Assembly: GCA_043821645.1 (NCBI GenBank)
Contig: JBDRCO010000082.1
Location: 1-18,420 of the forward strand
Reading direction: 5' to 3'
DNA length: 18,420 bases
From: Pseudomonadota bacterium
GTDB taxonomy: Bacteria > Myxococcota > JACRCW01 > JAFGSX01
Shown: one piece after another, positions 16,060 through 18,420 of the stretch
Layout: every line of letters begins with the position of its first letter
Position numbering within the stretch: position 1 is the first letter of the stretch
The notes under the pieces: generated by a model
What the model was told of the DNA's origin: nothing
Database searches by the model: none
What the model saw: the letters and a program-made list of their open reading frames with translations, nothing else
Made by a program: the position numbers and the translations under genes

Positions 16060-17247
16060 TCATCCTGCCCCCGTTGTGGCGTGCCCCGGTCGCCACGACA
16101 AACCGACCATAGAAATGACACAAAAAACTGCCCCGGCGTAAAACGTGAATGCGGCGCCAGCCTGATCCCAAAGCAGACCGGCGATGACGCTTGCCACGAG
16201 CATGGCAATTCCGCTCATCAGGTTGAAGAAGCCGAAGGCCGTTCCCCGCAGATCCGCTGGGGCCGCAACTGCGACCATTGCTGCAAACAGACCCTGAGTC
16301 ATTCCCATGTGGACGCCCCACAAGCCGACACCTGCGAGCAGGATGGCCCAATGAGTACTCGCCGCCAGCGTCAGATCGGCAGCAATCAGGACGACCAGGC
16401 CGAGCGCCAGAAGGCGCGTGTGATTCATGCGGTCGGAGAGTTTTCCGAAGGGGTAGGCCGATGCGGCATAGACAATGTTCATCGCCACCATGACCAGAGG
16501 CACCAGGGCCAGCGGAATCTCAGCCTGCCGGGCACGCAATACCAGAAAGGCTTCGCTGAAGCGAGCCAGGGTGAAGACGGCACCGACGCCGACCACCCAC
16601 CAGTAGTCGCTACCAAGGCGCCGGAGATTTTCTCTCTTTATCGGATTCGTGCGGTGCGTTCTTGCGTGGCGTTTTTCTCCCCTCAAGCCGAAGAACAGCA
16701 GGGCAACGGACATGCTTCCGGGAATAGCCGCCACCCAGAAGACTGCGCGGAAATCGTTGGACCAAAGCAGCATCAGACCGACCGCGAGTAACGGGCCTAC
16801 AAAAGCGCCGACGCTATCCAGGGACTGCCGAAGACCAAACGCCGCCCCCCGAATTTCGAGCGGTGCGAGGTCTGCGATGAGCGCGTCTCTGGGCGCGCCA
16901 CGGATCCCCTTGCCGAGCCGGTCGATCAGCCGCGCGCCAAAGACATGACCAGCCGTGAGCGCCATCGCGAAAAGGGGCTTGGCCAGAGCACCCATGGCGT
17001 AGCCGAGTACAGCCAAAGCCTTGCGTTTCCCGAGGTAGTCGCTCAGCGCACCCGAGAAAACCTTGACCATCAGTGCCGTCGATTCGGCGAAACCTTCGAT
17101 GACGCCGACAGCCAAAGCGCTCGCTCCGAGCGTCGTGACCATGAAGAGCGGCAGCAGGCTGTGAATCATCTCAGAGGAGATATCCATCAGCATGCTCACA
17201 AAACCGAGGACCCAAATGCCTGGCGGGACCTTGAGTCTTGGCGTCAC
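16060..17247 (-). CDS. MFS transporter
   Basis: 395 aa with ~12 hydrophobic segments; motif A GALSDYLGKRK and GKLSDRMNH; DRLGKGIRGAPRDALIAD. Confidence 0.95.
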   Translation of the reverse strand: MTPRLKVPPGIWVLGFVSMLMDISSEMIHSLLPLFMVTTLGASALAVGVIEGFAESTALMVKVFSGALSDYLGKRKALAVLGYAMGALAKPLFAMALTAGHVFGARLIDRLGKGIRGAPRDALIADLAPLEIRGAAFGLRQSLDSVGAFVGPLLAVGLMLLWSNDFRAVFWVAAIPGSMSVALLFFGLRGEKRHARTHRTNPIKRENLRRLGSDYWWVVGVGAVFTLARFSEAFLVLRARQAEIPLALVPLVMVAMNIVYAASAYPFGKLSDRMNHTRLLALGLVVLIAADLTLAASTHWAILLAGVGLWGVHMGMTQGLFAAMVAVAAPADLRGTAFGFFNLMSGIAMLVASVIAGLLWDQAGAAFTFYAGAVFCVISMVGLSWRPGHATTGAG

Positions 17248-17762
17248 GGCATTTTTTTCATGGGTGATTTGTCACCGGGTGGATAGTAGCAGGACACACC
17301 AGGCCATGAGGGCCATCGTGTTCATTGGTCATGCCTCAACTGGTCAGGAAATATCTACGATCGTTCTGCGCCATCCTGTCCCGAATAGGCGATTGGCGTA
17401 TGGGGTTTAAACCAGGCCTGAGGCTTTGCCGTGAACGAGGAATCCCATGACACAAAATGCAACCAGGATATTTTCAGTAGCGCTCTGTTCTTCTTTCTGC
17501 ACATGACGCCGGCACACTGCGGACTGGGGCATTATCCATGGGCTCCCTGGTCATCTCAGTGGCACATTCCCACGAGTGGTCCACCGAAAGGCCGTCCCAG
17601 AACCTGCTCCACGTCGCCGGGCTTGCAGCACATCCCACCTTGCTCGGTCCGAGGTTCTCGGACGGGCTCCTTGGCGCGGGCTCCATGTAGTCAATTTTGA
17701 AAGAATTCATTGAGAACCAGCAGTTGGGCTACAACGCTTCGCTAGACAGAAAACGGTGGTAT

Positions 17763-18180
17763 TTACTGTGTTATCTTCTCTAAAAGCGCTGTTCTACTGA
17801 GCCAAATACTTGGGCTATTCACCATTGAGAAGCCAACTGCTAGTGCTACATCCATGGATTTCTGGAATGGCTTCTCTTTCACGTGCATTTTGGGTTCGGC
17901 GACCAGAACGCGTCCCCCGTCTCTGACGCTATTGAACAACTCGGACATGAAGCGGCGTTGGTTCGGTACTTCATGGTACATCCAGAATGCGAGGGCAAAG
18001 TCAAACGGTTCCTCAATACCCAACTTGTCTGATTTAGCGAGCATAAGGGAGAGTCTATCTGGATATCCTGTCTTTCGAACACGTCGTTCAACGGCGTTGA
18101 GCATTTTCTGCTGTACATCGATCGCAATTACTTTGCCCTGGTTTCCAACCAATCTGGTCAATGTCCCTGTAAAGCAGCAA
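17763..18180 (-). pseudogene. class I SAM-dependent methyltransferase lacking its N-terminus
   Basis: LVGNQGKVIAIDVQQKML, FDFALAFWMYHEVP and GGRVLVAEPK. Motif I (DxGxGxG) is absent; only …CCFTGTLTR precedes. Visibly lower GC than the rest of the window. Confidence 0.7.
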
Positions 18181-18418
18181 GGGTGTAGACGACAAGCAGA
18201 ATCGTGAGCAGCAGCATGGTGGTGTTCCGCGGAGTCCTCCGAACCGCGTACACCGACATGACCGATGCCACCATGAAAAGGACAACCTCCACGACCTTGG
18301 CCGCCTCGCCCAGGTATGATGCCTTCGGACTCCCAGTGGCGGCATCCAAGAAGGGTTACAGGAACCCGAGTATCGAGGGCACCACAAACGACAGGAGCAA
18401 AACGTAGAAGATCTTTCT
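18158..18418 (-). pseudogene. membrane-protein fragment with an in-frame stop
   Basis: RKIFYVLLLSFVVPSILGFL*PFLDAATG…VVEVVLFMVASVMSVYAV…MLLLTILLVVYTL; TAA at 18356-18358 interrupts a hydrophobic frame running off the window edge. Confidence 0.4.
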
Positions 18419-18420
18419 AT

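Noticed and set aside
1-18420. tRNA, rRNA or known riboswitch
   Set aside because: None recognised by eye; a covariance-model scan would be needed to exclude them.

Overview
High-GC accessory region that resembles Myxococcota/Deltaproteobacteria (inferred from 'DAG'-rich Cys-rich secreted proteins, a tandem-DUF1566 lipoprotein and an EGF-domain remnant). It is a patchwork of intact singleton genes and remnants. Apparently intact genes: a Gly/Arg-tailed hypothetical protein, a protein with a T3SS needle-like C-terminus, a rhodanese, a divergent SecY paralogue with an N-terminal Cys cluster, a hotdog thioesterase, a DUF1566 lipoprotein, a DUF6855-like protein, a ZU5-like lipoprotein and an MFS transporter. 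Remnants: an EGF protein, DedA, a contractile tail-sheath C-terminus and a methyltransferase. Mobile DNA comprises one full-length IS3-family element and three internally deleted IS110/IS1111-family pieces. The most interesting signal is that two IS110 pieces keep a diverged ~300-nt non-coding 3' region. By eye it folds like a bridge/seekRNA, and in copy B its loops match the element's own flank (AGGTGCCAT) and right end (TATCGAT) around a shared AT core. The implied target, palindrome GGTGCCATGGCACC, resembles a family of short REP-like palindromes found in many intergenic gaps. All family calls come from motif recognition by eye, not database searches.
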